NCBI GenBank assembly: GCA_963761705.1
Contig: CAVXHK010000004.1
Location: forward strand, 80,632-144,631
Source: an uncultured Verrucomicrobiae bacterium
GTDB taxonomy: Bacteria > Verrucomicrobiota > Verrucomicrobiia > Chthoniobacterales > JAATET01
Direction: 5' to 3'
DNA: 64,000 bases
In this document: positions 19,603-29,284 of the stretch, piece by piece
Layout: every line of letters starts with the position of its first letter
Position numbering within the stretch: position 1 is the stretch's first letter
Notes under the pieces: model-generated
Told to the model about the DNA's origin: nothing
Database searches by the model: none
Seen by the model: the letters and a program-made list of their open reading frames with translations, nothing else
Translations under genes and position numbers: made by a program

Positions 19603-20196
19603 ATGAAAATCCCCCTAATCTCCACCGTATCTCTTCTCGCAATTCTCGTGGGCTCCGCAGTCTCGGCCCGCGGCGAAACCTTTGTGACGACTTGGAAACT
19701 CGATGGCGACCTGACGGTCTTCAATGGGTCACCGGTCGACGGTGTGACGGTGTCCGACCTTACCGACTTGGAGCCTGACCTTGCGGGCGGATCGATTGAA
19801 CCGGGAGCGACGACGCTGGAAATGAATCGGGGCGGTGCAGCGGGCGACGGCCTGAACGCGTGGTCTTTTCGGAACGAGGCCGGAACGGACGGGGCGTTCT
19901 TTCTGGGGTTCACGGTAACGAACGAGACTGGAAAACCCCTGGCTGTGGAGAGTCTTTCTCTGGATCAGGCGAAGGGGAACTTGTTGGCGTTTCAACTTTA
20001 CGACGAGAACGGGGGCGCATTGACCGAGACGATCAATTCGATTCCGGCGAACGGTGAGGTCGAGAATCAACTCATCACGCCTTACGTGATTCCGAGCGGG
20101 GAGAGCGCGACGTTCCGCGTCGACTTCAATTCCGGCACGGTCGATTCGGTTCATTTAATCGACCTGATCCGGGTGCGCGGGACGGTTGGAGAATAA
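19603..20196 (+). CDS. Secreted hypothetical protein, stand-alone homolog of the N-terminal domain of the 12908 sulfatase
   Basis: Signal peptide. Shares collinear blocks with the 12908 protein: DGV.VSDLTDL, GDG..AW, FL.FTV.N, LLAFQL.D..G, GESA.F..DFNS, H.ID.IR..G. Confidence 0.85.
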   Translation: MKIPLISTVSLLAILVGSAVSARGETFVTTWKLDGDLTVFNGSPVDGVTVSDLTDLEPDLAGGSIEPGATTLEMNRGGAAGDGLNAWSFRNEAGTDGAFFLGFTVTNETGKPLAVESLSLDQAKGNLLAFQLYDENGGALTETINSIPANGEVENQLITPYVIPSGESATFRVDFNSGTVDSVHLIDLIRVRGTVGE

Positions 20197-22062
20197 ATGC
20201 AAAACTCTGCTGTTATGTTGACTTCTTTTCGCCTCACGGTTGCCCTCACCATTTCGGTCCTCGCTAGTGCGCTTCCCGGGCGCGCGGCGGACCCGAAGCC
20301 GAACATTATTCTCATCGTCGCGGATGATCTTGGTTGGAGCGATACTGCGGTTTACGGGAGCGAATTTTACCGCACGCCGGCGGTCGATGCGCTGGCGGCA
20401 ACGGGGATGCGGTTCACCAACGCCTACGCTTCGAATCCGCTGTGTTCGCCAACGCGAGCAGCGTTACTGACGGGGCTGTATCCCGGGCGGATCGGGCTGA
20501 CGACGCCGAACGGACATATCGCGGACGTGGTTTTGGAGGCGTCGCTGCCGACGCAGGCGGGGCCGGAAGCGAAGACGGTAACGCCGACGCCGGTGTCGCG
20601 GCTTTCGAACGATTACGTGACGATTGCGGAGCGGTTGAAGGTGGCGGGCTACGCAACCGCTTTCATGGGGAAGTGGCATTTGGGTAGCGATCCCTACATT
20701 CCAGAGAATCAGGGCTTCGACGTGGTGGTCGGCGGACGGGAGAATCCGGGCCCGCCGCCGCCGGGATTTTTCTTCGCGCCCTGGAATATCGATACCCTGC
20801 CGAAGTCGCCGGAAGGCACGCACATCGCTGACGTGCTGGGTGATGCGGCGGTCGAGTTCATCGACGAAAACCGGGACCGGCCATTTTTCCTGAATCTTTG
20901 GTTTTACGATGTCCACGCCCCGTTCCAGGCAAAGGAGGACCTCGTCGATGAGTTCACGGAGCTGGCGGACCAGAGCGCGCCGCAGCATTCGCCCACGATG
21001 GCGGCGATGATCAGTACGATGGACACGAACATTGAGCGGGTGATGGAGAAGTTGAAGGAGCTGGGGCTGGCCGAAAACACGCTCGTCATTTTCACCTCGG
21101 ACAACGGTGGGAATATGTATGACGAGGTGGACGGGACGACGCCGACGAACAACGCGCCGCTGAGGAACGGGAAAGGGAACAGTTACGAGGGAGGCGTGCG
21201 GGTGCCGTTCGTCGCGGTGTGGCCGGGGAAGATCGAGGCGGGTGTGGTAGACGAGACGATCACGTCGAGCATCGACATGTTTCCGACGTTTCTGGAGGTA
21301 GCGGGGCTCGAGCGGGATCCGGCGCACCCGCTCGATGGCGAGAGCATCCTGCCGGTGCTAGAGGGCGGGGAGATCTCGTCGCGACCGTATTTCGATTATT
21401 TTCCGCACAACGTCGTAGCTACGAAAAACGTGGCGGCGACGAGCGTGCGGGATGGGGATTGGAAGTTGCTGCGCTATTTCAACGACGGCCCAAATCAGGA
21501 GGATCGATTCGAACTCTACAACTTGGCGGACGACATCGGGGAGACGAAGAATCTCGCCGAGCAGGAGCCGGAGCGAGTGAAGGCGATGGACGCGTTGATC
21601 GACGGGCACCACGCGGACATCGGGGCTCTGGTGCCCTTTGCGAATCCGAATTACGGGAAGGACCTCTCGGCGGGTTGGTTGCCCACGGTGGACGCAGACG
21701 TGGCTGTTGGGGATGGCGTGTGGGCGATGACGGCGACCGGTGACGATCCGGGAATGGAAACGGCGGACGTGCCGGATGTGACGGGCGAGGTGCGGCTGGA
21801 ATTTGAAATGAAGTCGGACTCGACCGGACCGCTGCAGGTTTTTTATCGGAGCACGGGGAAACCGGCATTCAAAGGGGAACTGACGACTCTGCCGGTCGGG
21901 CACTCAGGAGAGTGGCAGCTGGTCGTCGCGGCGTTCAATGTGAATGGGCAACTGCGCGGGTTGCGCATCGACCCTTCGAGGGCACCGGGCGAGATCGAAA
22001 TTCGCGATCTGCGATTGGTGGCGGCGGATGGTTCGGTGATCAAAGAGTGGCCGGCGAATTAA
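20197..22062 (+). CDS. Secreted Cys-type sulfatase with a C-terminal beta-sandwich module
   Basis: Own signal peptide, KPNIILIVADDLG, LCSPTRAALLTG, MGKWHLG, TSDNGG, and a C-terminal TGDDP...LRIDP module. Confidence 0.93.
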   Translation: MQNSAVMLTSFRLTVALTISVLASALPGRAADPKPNIILIVADDLGWSDTAVYGSEFYRTPAVDALAATGMRFTNAYASNPLCSPTRAALLTGLYPGRIGLTTPNGHIADVVLEASLPTQAGPEAKTVTPTPVSRLSNDYVTIAERLKVAGYATAFMGKWHLGSDPYIPENQGFDVVVGGRENPGPPPPGFFFAPWNIDTLPKSPEGTHIADVLGDAAVEFIDENRDRPFFLNLWFYDVHAPFQAKEDLVDEFTELADQSAPQHSPTMAAMISTMDTNIERVMEKLKELGLAENTLVIFTSDNGGNMYDEVDGTTPTNNAPLRNGKGNSYEGGVRVPFVAVWPGKIEAGVVDETITSSIDMFPTFLEVAGLERDPAHPLDGESILPVLEGGEISSRPYFDYFPHNVVATKNVAATSVRDGDWKLLRYFNDGPNQEDRFELYNLADDIGETKNLAEQEPERVKAMDALIDGHHADIGALVPFANPNYGKDLSAGWLPTVDADVAVGDGVWAMTATGDDPGMETADVPDVTGEVRLEFEMKSDSTGPLQVFYRSTGKPAFKGELTTLPVGHSGEWQLVVAAFNVNGQLRGLRIDPSRAPGEIEIRDLRLVAADGSVIKEWPAN

Positions 22063-22063
22063 C

Positions 22064-22117
22064 GGAGCGGGGACGTCTCGCCTCCGTGAATTCGTGAGGT
22101 CGAGTCGTCTTCACTCC
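22064..22117. repeat. REP-like inverted doublet
   Basis: GGAGCGGGGACGTCTCGCCTCCG followed by an inverted variant (reverse complement GGAGTGAAGACGACTCGACCTCAC); a related copy is at 31755-31777. Confidence 0.45.
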
Positions 22118-22128
22118 CTTTGAAATTG

Positions 22129-25100
22129 ATGACTATCATAACGCACCTCCGCACCGATCTCCTCGTCGAGCCTCGAGGAATCGGAAATCCGACACCGACT
22201 TTCACTTGGGAGCTCAGTGATCCCGACGCCGGGGCGTGGCGGCAGAGTGCGTGGCGGATCGTCGTCGCAGAGACGCTCAAGGATGCCGCGGCGGGGCGCG
22301 GGACGTTGTGGGACAGCGGGCGGGTCGCGGACACCGAGACCGCGTTGATCGACTACTTGGGGTCGCCGCTGACGAGTCGGATGCGGTGCTGGTGGCGGGT
22401 GACGTGCTGGGGCGCGGCGGGTGACGAGATCACGAGTGAGGTGGCGTCGTTCACGATCGGATTGCTGGAGGAGGCGGAATGGAGCGGCTATTGGATTGGG
22501 CTGGATTCCGCGCCGGAGACTCCGCCGGATCCACTGGTCGGGGCGCGGTGGATATGGACCGAGGCCAGGGCTGTTCCAGGGACGGTAATTTTTGAAAAAC
22601 GCTTCACGCTGGCCGAGCCGTTCGCGGGGGAACTCTGGGGCCTCGCGGACGACGAGGGCGAGGTGGAGATCAACGGATTGCCGCTTTGTCAACTCGCGCG
22701 GGCGCAGGGCAATACCGACCTTTATCCGCTGCCGCTTGCGGTGCCGGTGCCTAGTTTGCCAGCGGGGGAGAACGTGATCCGAGTGACGGTGAGGAAGCGG
22801 CATGCGCGGGACCCGGATGCGGGCGCGATCGCACGGTTGCTGCTGGGCGGGCGCGAGGTGATTGACTCTGGCAAAGGCCAGGAGACGGCGCTCTTCGCGA
22901 CCAAACACCGGCGGATTGAGGGTGGGGTCGAGGTGGCGACGGATGGGACTTGGCGGCAGATTGCGGAGGATGGGGAGACCGCCGTCCGGGAGTTGGGCAG
23001 TTACGGGATCGCGCCGTGGCATCTGGTGACGGCGATGGAGTATCCGAATCTGTCGGCGCGTTATTTGCGGCGGGAGTTTCGGGTGCGCGGGATGGTCGAT
23101 CGGGCGGTGTTGTATCTGAGCGGGCAGGGGCTGTCGGAGCCTTGGATCAACGGCACCCGGATTGGCGGCGAGGAAGTGCTATCGCCGCATTTGTCGGACC
23201 CGGGCGTGCGGGTGCATTACCGAACGCACGACGTGACAGAGCTGCTCTGCGAAGGGGCGAACGCGCTGGGCTGCGTTCTCGGGAATGGTCGGTATTTTGC
23301 GCCGCGGAAACGGGTGCCGTTTCCGATGGAGACCTACGGGTGCCCGAAGTTGCTGCTGCAGCTGGAAGTCAGCTACTCTGATGGCACGACGGAGCGGATC
23401 GTGTCCGACCCGAGTTGGCGGCTGAACACGGAGGGTGCGATCGGTTGGAACAACGAGTTCGACGGGGAGCATTACGACGCGCGGCGCGACGATCCGGCGT
23501 GGTGCCGCCCCGGCTTCGACGACGCGGACTGGGGTGAAGCCCGCCTTGTTGCCGCGCCGATGGGTAAGCTGGCGGCGCAGGTGTGCGCCCCGATCCGGCG
23601 GCACGAGACGGTGCCGGTGCGGGAAAGCTGGACGACGAAATACGGGACGACGATTTACGACTTTGGCGAGAATCTCGTCGGATGGTGTCGGGGGACGTTG
23701 CGCGGAAAATTGGGGACGCGCTTGGTGCTGCGGCACGCGGAGACGCTGGAGTCGCGGGACGCGCTGTCGGTGGAGAATTTGCGGTCCGCGCAGGCGACGG
23801 ATTTCATCACGCTGGGCGAGGGCGAGACGCGGTTCGAGCCGAAGTTTGTCTTCCACGGATTTCGCTACGCCGAACTGCGGGGCGAGGCGGAGGTGGTCGA
23901 GCTGGAGGCCATCTACGTGCATGACGACGTGCCGGCGACGGGGTCGTTCGAGTGCGAAAGCGAAGTGCTCAACAAGATCGTTGAGGCGACGGCGCGGGGG
24001 ATTCGCACGAACTGCCGGAGTATGCCGACCGATTGTCCCCAGCGGGACGAACGGATGGGCTGGTTGGGCGACCGGGCGGGGGGAGCACCTAGCGAGATGT
24101 TTCTCTTCGATTTGGCGAATTTTTACCGGAAATGGCTCGACGATATTCGCGACGCGCAGGCACCCAACGGCTGCATTCCGGACATCGCCCCGGCTTTTTG
24201 GCGGATGTATCAAGACAACGTGACGTGGCCGAGCGTGGCGGTGTTCATCCCGCATTGGCTGCACCGCCACTACGGTGACGACGGCGTGGTCGCGCAAAAT
24301 TTCGATGCACTCGCACGGTGGCTCGACCACATGTCGCGCTACCTGCTCGACGGCTTGATCGACCGTGATCTTTACGGCGATTGGTGCGTGCCGCCGGAGG
24401 AAGCGCATTTGATCTTCACGCTGCAGGAGGGGCGCAAGACCCACTCCGTGATCCTGGCTTCAACGTATTTCGCACGGGATCTCGAGATTGCCGCGGCGTT
24501 CGCGGACCGGCTTGGACGCGACGATCTGGCGGCGAAATGGCGGGCGCGTCGCGCGGAGATCACGACCGCGCTGAACGCGCGGTTTTACGACGAAGCGACC
24601 GGGAGCTACGACAATGGCGCGCAGACGGCGTCGGTGCTGCCGCTGGCCTTCGACCTCGCGCCGGAGGGTGAGGAGCGCAAAGTCTTCAACGCGCTCGTCA
24701 CCAAGATGACGGCGACGGGTGCTGCCGAGCTCGGAACGGGGCTGGTTGGGACACGGTCGTTGCTGCGCACGCTCACGGCTTACGGGCGGGCGGACGTCGC
24801 GCGGGATCTCGCGACGCGCGAGGAGTATCCCGGCTGGGGATACATGATCGGACAGGGGGCGACGACGATTTGGGAACTCTGGAACGGCGACACGGCGGCT
24901 CCGTTCATGAATTCGGGGAACCACGTGATGCTAACGGGGGACCTGATTGCCTGGTTGTTTGAGGACGTGGCTGGGATCCAGGCGGCGGAGCCGGGGTTTC
25001 GGCGCGTGCGGTTTCGCCCGCACTTCGTTTTCGAGTCGGTGGATTGTCGGCACCGTTCGATTCGCGGGGAAATCGGGAGTCGTTGGATGAAGAGGGATGG

Positions 25101-25314
25101 TCGGATCAAGTGGACGGTCACACTCCCGCCGAACGTGGACGGCTGGGCGGAGGTGCCGGTCGAGTGGGCGCGAGATCTGACGTTGGACGGCGACCAACCG
25201 GAGACGGCGGCGGCACCGAGCGGACGGAGCGAACGCCATTGGGTGCGCGTCGAGCTGGAGCCGGGCCGACACGAATTCGTTCTCAGACAGGATGCACAGG
25301 ATGGACAGGATTGA
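22129..25314 (+). CDS. GH78 alpha-L-rhamnosidase-family glycoside hydrolase with an inserted WIW beta-sandwich (CBM67-like)
   Basis: N-terminal FN3-like WDSGRV domain, ARWIW insert, YDFGENLVGW, FHGFRY, PTDCPQRDERMGWLGD, YGDWC, GATTIWELW and MNSGNH. Confidence 0.92.
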   Translation: MTIITHLRTDLLVEPRGIGNPTPTFTWELSDPDAGAWRQSAWRIVVAETLKDAAAGRGTLWDSGRVADTETALIDYLGSPLTSRMRCWWRVTCWGAAGDEITSEVASFTIGLLEEAEWSGYWIGLDSAPETPPDPLVGARWIWTEARAVPGTVIFEKRFTLAEPFAGELWGLADDEGEVEINGLPLCQLARAQGNTDLYPLPLAVPVPSLPAGENVIRVTVRKRHARDPDAGAIARLLLGGREVIDSGKGQETALFATKHRRIEGGVEVATDGTWRQIAEDGETAVRELGSYGIAPWHLVTAMEYPNLSARYLRREFRVRGMVDRAVLYLSGQGLSEPWINGTRIGGEEVLSPHLSDPGVRVHYRTHDVTELLCEGANALGCVLGNGRYFAPRKRVPFPMETYGCPKLLLQLEVSYSDGTTERIVSDPSWRLNTEGAIGWNNEFDGEHYDARRDDPAWCRPGFDDADWGEARLVAAPMGKLAAQVCAPIRRHETVPVRESWTTKYGTTIYDFGENLVGWCRGTLRGKLGTRLVLRHAETLESRDALSVENLRSAQATDFITLGEGETRFEPKFVFHGFRYAELRGEAEVVELEAIYVHDDVPATGSFECESEVLNKIVEATARGIRTNCRSMPTDCPQRDERMGWLGDRAGGAPSEMFLFDLANFYRKWLDDIRDAQAPNGCIPDIAPAFWRMYQDNVTWPSVAVFIPHWLHRHYGDDGVVAQNFDALARWLDHMSRYLLDGLIDRDLYGDWCVPPEEAHLIFTLQEGRKTHSVILASTYFARDLEIAAAFADRLGRDDLAAKWRARRAEITTALNARFYDEATGSYDNGAQTASVLPLAFDLAPEGEERKVFNALVTKMTATGAAELGTGLVGTRSLLRTLTAYGRADVARDLATREEYPGWGYMIGQGATTIWELWNGDTAAPFMNSGNHVMLTGDLIAWLFEDVAGIQAAEPGFRRVRFRPHFVFESVDCRHRSIRGEIGSRWMKRDGRIKWTVTLPPNVDGWAEVPVEWARDLTLDGDQPETAAAPSGRSERHWVRVELEPGRHEFVLRQDAQDGQD

Positions 25315-25383
25315 TGAAGTGGAATCTTCGATGGCGAAGCCGTCGCTTGTCTCTCAATCCTGAGAATCTTGTAAATCCTGTCT
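25285..25383. repeat. Inverted repeat built from 9-bp ACAGGAT-containing units
   Basis: Left arm AGACAGGATGCACAGGATGGACAGGATTGA; right arm TCAATCCTGAGAATCTTGTAAATCCTGTCT. Confidence 0.7.
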
Positions 25384-25391
25384 AAACCATC

Positions 25392-26786
25392 ATGTCCTCC
25401 CCCATTGCCCCCCCGGACACCCCGCCGCGCAAGAAGGTGCCATTGCGCGCCAAGGCTGCCTTCGGCGCGGGCGGCGCGGCGGACAACATCCTCTACAACG
25501 GGATGAACACGCTCGTGTTGCCGATCTTCAACGTCGGCTTGGGCGTCGATGCGGTGAAGCTCGGTTACGCGATGGGTCTGCCGCGCATCCTGGACGCGAT
25601 CACCGACCCGCTTATCGGCAATCTCTCCGACAATACGCGCAGCCGCTGGGGCCGGCGGCGACCCTACATTTTCTTCGGAGCCATCTTTGCCGCGCTGCTG
25701 CTTGGACTGCTCTTTTGCCCGCCGCGGTCGCTCGGCGAGTCGGGTCTCTTCTGGTGGTTCCTCGTGGTGTGCTCGCTCTTTTACGTGGCCTACACGTTTT
25801 TCATGATCCCGTATTCCGCGTTGGGACTCGAGATCACGGACGATTACGACGAGCGAACGCGCGTGTTGGCGTGGCGGCCTTACGCGGGTCTTGCGGCGGG
25901 CTTGGCGATCCCGTGGCTCTACAAATTGTGCTTCATCATCGGCCCGACCGAGGCCGAGGGCGCGCGGACGGTGAGTTGGATCATGGCTGCGGGCGCAATC
26001 GCGCTCGGCGTGATCCCGGCGATTTTCCTGAGGGAAAGATCCCGACCCGACGGTGAAAAGTCGATGCCGCTGTTGCGTTCGCTCAAGACGACGTTTCGCA
26101 ACCGCGCGTTTCTGACACTGACCGGGTCGGTGCTCTGCATTTTGCTTGGGCTGTTTCTAGCGAGTCCGCTCGGGCTCTACGTGAACCTCTTCTACATCTA
26201 CGACGGCGACAAATCCGCCGGCGCGACGCTCGCTGGCGCGGCCGGGATGCTCACCCTCGCTGCGGGCTTCCTCGGACTGCCCTTCGTGACGTGGCTCTCG
26301 GTGCAAATCGGAAAGCGCCACGCGATGCTGGTGATGCTCGGTGTTTGCTGGGTGGCCGTTGCGGCTACGTGGTGGCTATTTACTCCGGCGGCTCCGTGGC
26401 TGTCGTTGATCCCGAATTTCGTGATCGGCTTCGCGTTGAACGGTTGCTTTCTCATCGGCGTGTCGATGCTGGGCGACGTCTGCGACGCGGACGAACTTGC
26501 GACCGGGCTGAGGCGGGAGGGGATTTATTCGGCGTCGATGGAGTTCGGGAAAAAGATGGCCATTGCGCTCTCGACGTTGCTGAGCGGTTACGTGCTGCTG
26601 GCGACGGGGTTCGATCAAAAGGCGGCCACGCAGGCACCGGAGACGCTGCTTTGGCTGCGGATCGGGTTCATTGTCGTGGTCGGCGTGGCTCTGATTATCT
26701 CGGCCGCAGCGATCTGGTTTTACCCGATCTCGCACGAGCGGGCTCGGGAGACGCGCGGGTTGCTGGATGCGCGGGCTGGCGGGTAG
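25392..26786 (+). CDS. GPH-family (MelB-like, MFS) sugar:cation symporter
   Basis: Motifs RILDAITDPLIGNLSD, SRWGRRRPY, EITDDYDERT and DVCDADEL..G.RREG; paralog of the 5030 gene. Confidence 0.92.
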   Translation: MSSPIAPPDTPPRKKVPLRAKAAFGAGGAADNILYNGMNTLVLPIFNVGLGVDAVKLGYAMGLPRILDAITDPLIGNLSDNTRSRWGRRRPYIFFGAIFAALLLGLLFCPPRSLGESGLFWWFLVVCSLFYVAYTFFMIPYSALGLEITDDYDERTRVLAWRPYAGLAAGLAIPWLYKLCFIIGPTEAEGARTVSWIMAAGAIALGVIPAIFLRERSRPDGEKSMPLLRSLKTTFRNRAFLTLTGSVLCILLGLFLASPLGLYVNLFYIYDGDKSAGATLAGAAGMLTLAAGFLGLPFVTWLSVQIGKRHAMLVMLGVCWVAVAATWWLFTPAAPWLSLIPNFVIGFALNGCFLIGVSMLGDVCDADELATGLRREGIYSASMEFGKKMAIALSTLLSGYVLLATGFDQKAATQAPETLLWLRIGFIVVVGVALIISAAAIWFYPISHERARETRGLLDARAGG

Positions 26787-26816
26787 TCCTGGACCAGGTT
26801 CTTCGCGGAGTGAGGG

Positions 26817-27866
26817 CTATTGCCCGCCGACCGTTGTCCGCCGGATGATGAGTTCGTCGGTGGCGACCTCGCGGCGGACGGGAGTCGTGGTTTTTTTCTC
26901 AATGTGATCAAGGAGAACCCGAGCCGCGAGGGCACCCATTTGCTCGACCGGTTCGGGGAGAGTCGTGATGCTGATGGCAGGATGGTGGGTCAGGGGCAGG
27001 TTACCCATGCCGATCAAGGCGATGTCTTCCGGAACGCGGTAGCCGCGTTTCTCCAATTCTTCCAGAGCGGGGATGGCGAGACCATCGTTGAGCGCGAGGA
27101 CCGCGTCGGGGCGCGGACCGGGTGAGTCGAAAAATTGATCGAGGGCAGCGCGGATGATCGCGTCGGGGACGTTCGAGGCCGGGGGCCGGGCGATCCAACG
27201 CGCGGGTAGGTCGAGGCTGCGGGCGGCGATGGCGGATTGGAAACAATCGAACCGGTGGCGGGTCGACTCGCCCGGAAGGTCAATGCCGAGGAAGGCAATG
27301 CGTCGCCGACCGAGGTCGCAGAGGTGCGCGACGGCCCTTTCGATGGCGGCGCTGGCGTTCCACGTCACGGAGCTGACCTCGTCAGCGAGTTCGGTCAGTT
27401 CGTCGGCGATCAGGACGATGGGAGTCCCGGTGGATCGGATAAGGCGGTAGAGGTCTTCGCAGCCGCCGGTTGGAAAGGTGATGAGGCCGTCGTCGCGCCG
27501 CCGCAGGGAGGAGAGTAGTTCCTTCCGGTTGCGCTCGATGTCGAACCGGTGCGTGGCCACGAACGGAACGTAGGGCGTGGGGTCGAGGACGGATTGAAGG
27601 CCTTCCATCACGGCCTCGGCCCAATCGAGTTTGAAGTTGCCGACGATGACGCCGATCATCTCGCTGCGCTGGCTCTTCAGGCGGCGGGCGGATTGGTTGG
27701 GGATGCAATTGAAGCGGCGGGCGGCGTCCTGGACCCGCTCGATGGTGGCGCGCGAGATGCCGCGCTGCTCGGCGATGCCATTGAGCACGAATGAAATGGT
27801 TGCGTGAGAGATGCCCAGTTTGCGAGCAAGCTCGACGCCGGAGATGGGTCGTGGAGCTGCTTTCAA
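26817..27866 (-). CDS. LacI-family transcriptional regulator
   Basis: HTH (ELARKLGISHATISFVLN), IPNQSAR hinge, PDAVLALND and VPEDIALIG. Confidence 0.93.
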   Translation of the reverse strand: MKAAPRPISGVELARKLGISHATISFVLNGIAEQRGISRATIERVQDAARRFNCIPNQSARRLKSQRSEMIGVIVGNFKLDWAEAVMEGLQSVLDPTPYVPFVATHRFDIERNRKELLSSLRRRDDGLITFPTGGCEDLYRLIRSTGTPIVLIADELTELADEVSSVTWNASAAIERAVAHLCDLGRRRIAFLGIDLPGESTRHRFDCFQSAIAARSLDLPARWIARPPASNVPDAIIRAALDQFFDSPGPRPDAVLALNDGLAIPALEELEKRGYRVPEDIALIGMGNLPLTHHPAISITTLPEPVEQMGALAARVLLDHIEKKTTTPVRREVATDELIIRRTTVGGQ

Positions 27867-27944
27867 GATTCCAAAGCACTAATCCAGCCGTCGAGCGTGT
27901 GGAAATCCATCCGGGCGAGATTTACCGCTAATTCGTTGGATGCA

Positions 27945-27958
27945 AGGAGAACTCTCCA
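27945..27958. promoter_or_regulatory. Palindrome AGGAGAACTCTCCA, a possible operator variant
   Basis: GGAGA-AC-TCTCC dyad in the AT-rich divergent region between the second LacI gene and the PEP-CTERM gene. Confidence 0.35.
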
Positions 27959-28022
27959 AAAAAATATTAAAAATTTTCGTTGCCGCAGCAAAGAATATAC
28001 GTGTAAGTAAATGCTAGATCTT

Positions 28023-29210
28023 ATGAAAAATACCCTACTCCTCCCAGCAATATGTTTTGGAATCCTCGGCATCTCCACATCAGCGCACGCTGTCAACCGC
28101 ACATTCCTGCCGGTAACGCCGAGCGACTATCTGGTTGGCGGAAACTGGTCAGGTAGCGCTATCCCGAGGTCGGGGGACGTCGGAATTATTGCGAGCGGAA
28201 GGACTGCCAATCTGTTTGGCGACTCTGGACTGACCAGCGTCGTGATTGTGGGTAACAGCAACACGACTGCAAGCGATGGAACGCTGAATTACACAGGGGG
28301 CGCCTACACCATCGGTCAGGTTTTGCTTGGTCGCAATGGTGGCAGCGCGTCGGAAGGGTCGACGGGGACGCTCGAAATGTCTGGCGGAAATCTCCGCGCC
28401 ACCGGCTTCTTCCGGGTAGGCAATGATCAGGCCACTCTCAAGCTTTCGGAGGGAGTTTTTAATCTTTCTGGCGGGAATCTTTCGGTCAGTGGATTGGACG
28501 GAATGAAGGTCGGAGAAGAAAGCAGGGGAACGATGACCCAGACCGCAGGAACCGTTTTGGAGACCGGAGGAGGCGTTCAGATTGGCCTTGCGGCTGGTGC
28601 CACCGGATCATCGGTTTCCGTGTCCGGCGGTAGCTTCGACACTACCCGTTTCATCAACGTTGGCAACGCTAGCAATCCGACGAACCGCACATTGAATGTA
28701 TCGGGTTCAGGGTCTGTGACCTGGGGTTCTAATGCCACTTCGGGATCCATTCTTTCCGTATACGGAAACATGAACGTGACCGGTTCCGGCGCGACTCTTT
28801 CCAGTATCAACACCAATGCGGGTGCGTTCAACGTGCGCTCCAGTGGAACGCTCCAGTTTAATCTAGCCGCAGACGGAAACGTTTCGCTGATCGACATCGC
28901 GGGTGCGGAAGTTGGTTTCCAGTCCGGCGGTTCTCTGGTTATTGATGGAAGCCTGCTTACGCTGGGTGCGGGGAGCTACGACTTCACGCTCATTGACCAC
29001 GCGGGTTATGCCTCGACGGGTGGGTTCAATGCCTCGACTTTGGCAACCAGCTTCACAAACTTCGGTCCGGACTACACGCCGAGCGTGAGCTTCAATGCGG
29101 GTGACGTGACGCTCAGCATTGTTGCGGTGCCGGAGCCTTCGACCTACGCGCTGATCGGTGCCGGGCTGCTGCTCGTCTGTGTTCTTCGTCGGCGGCGGCA
29201 GCTCGCGTAA
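28023..29210 (+). CDS. PEP-CTERM surface protein with Gly/Ser/Thr/Asn-rich beta-strand repeats
   Basis: Signal peptide; C-terminus VPEPSTYALIGAGLLLVCVLRRRRQLA. Confidence 0.95.
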   Translation: MKNTLLLPAICFGILGISTSAHAVNRTFLPVTPSDYLVGGNWSGSAIPRSGDVGIIASGRTANLFGDSGLTSVVIVGNSNTTASDGTLNYTGGAYTIGQVLLGRNGGSASEGSTGTLEMSGGNLRATGFFRVGNDQATLKLSEGVFNLSGGNLSVSGLDGMKVGEESRGTMTQTAGTVLETGGGVQIGLAAGATGSSVSVSGGSFDTTRFINVGNASNPTNRTLNVSGSGSVTWGSNATSGSILSVYGNMNVTGSGATLSSINTNAGAFNVRSSGTLQFNLAADGNVSLIDIAGAEVGFQSGGSLVIDGSLLTLGAGSYDFTLIDHAGYASTGGFNASTLATSFTNFGPDYTPSVSFNAGDVTLSIVAVPEPSTYALIGAGLLLVCVLRRRRQLA

Positions 29211-29239
29211 GCGAACGAACCCGGATTCGCACGATTTCG

Positions 29240-29280
29240 GCGGGCTGGGGTGGAGACGCCTCAGCCCGCTTTCCTTTATT
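29240..29280 (+). terminator. Intrinsic terminator-like hairpin after the PEP-CTERM gene
   Basis: GCGGGCTGGGG-loop-CCTCAGCCCGC followed by TTTCCTTTATT. Confidence 0.6.
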
Positions 29281-29284
29281 GGTC

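Noticed and set aside
20194..20199. Stop-codon readthrough or nonsense mutation fusing the 19603 protein to the 20197 sulfatase
   Set aside because: The downstream sulfatase has its own signal peptide, so two genes is the simpler reading.
25285..25383. CRISPR-like array
   Set aside because: Units are 9 bp, inverted and spacer-less; no cas genes and no repeat-spacer array were seen in the window.
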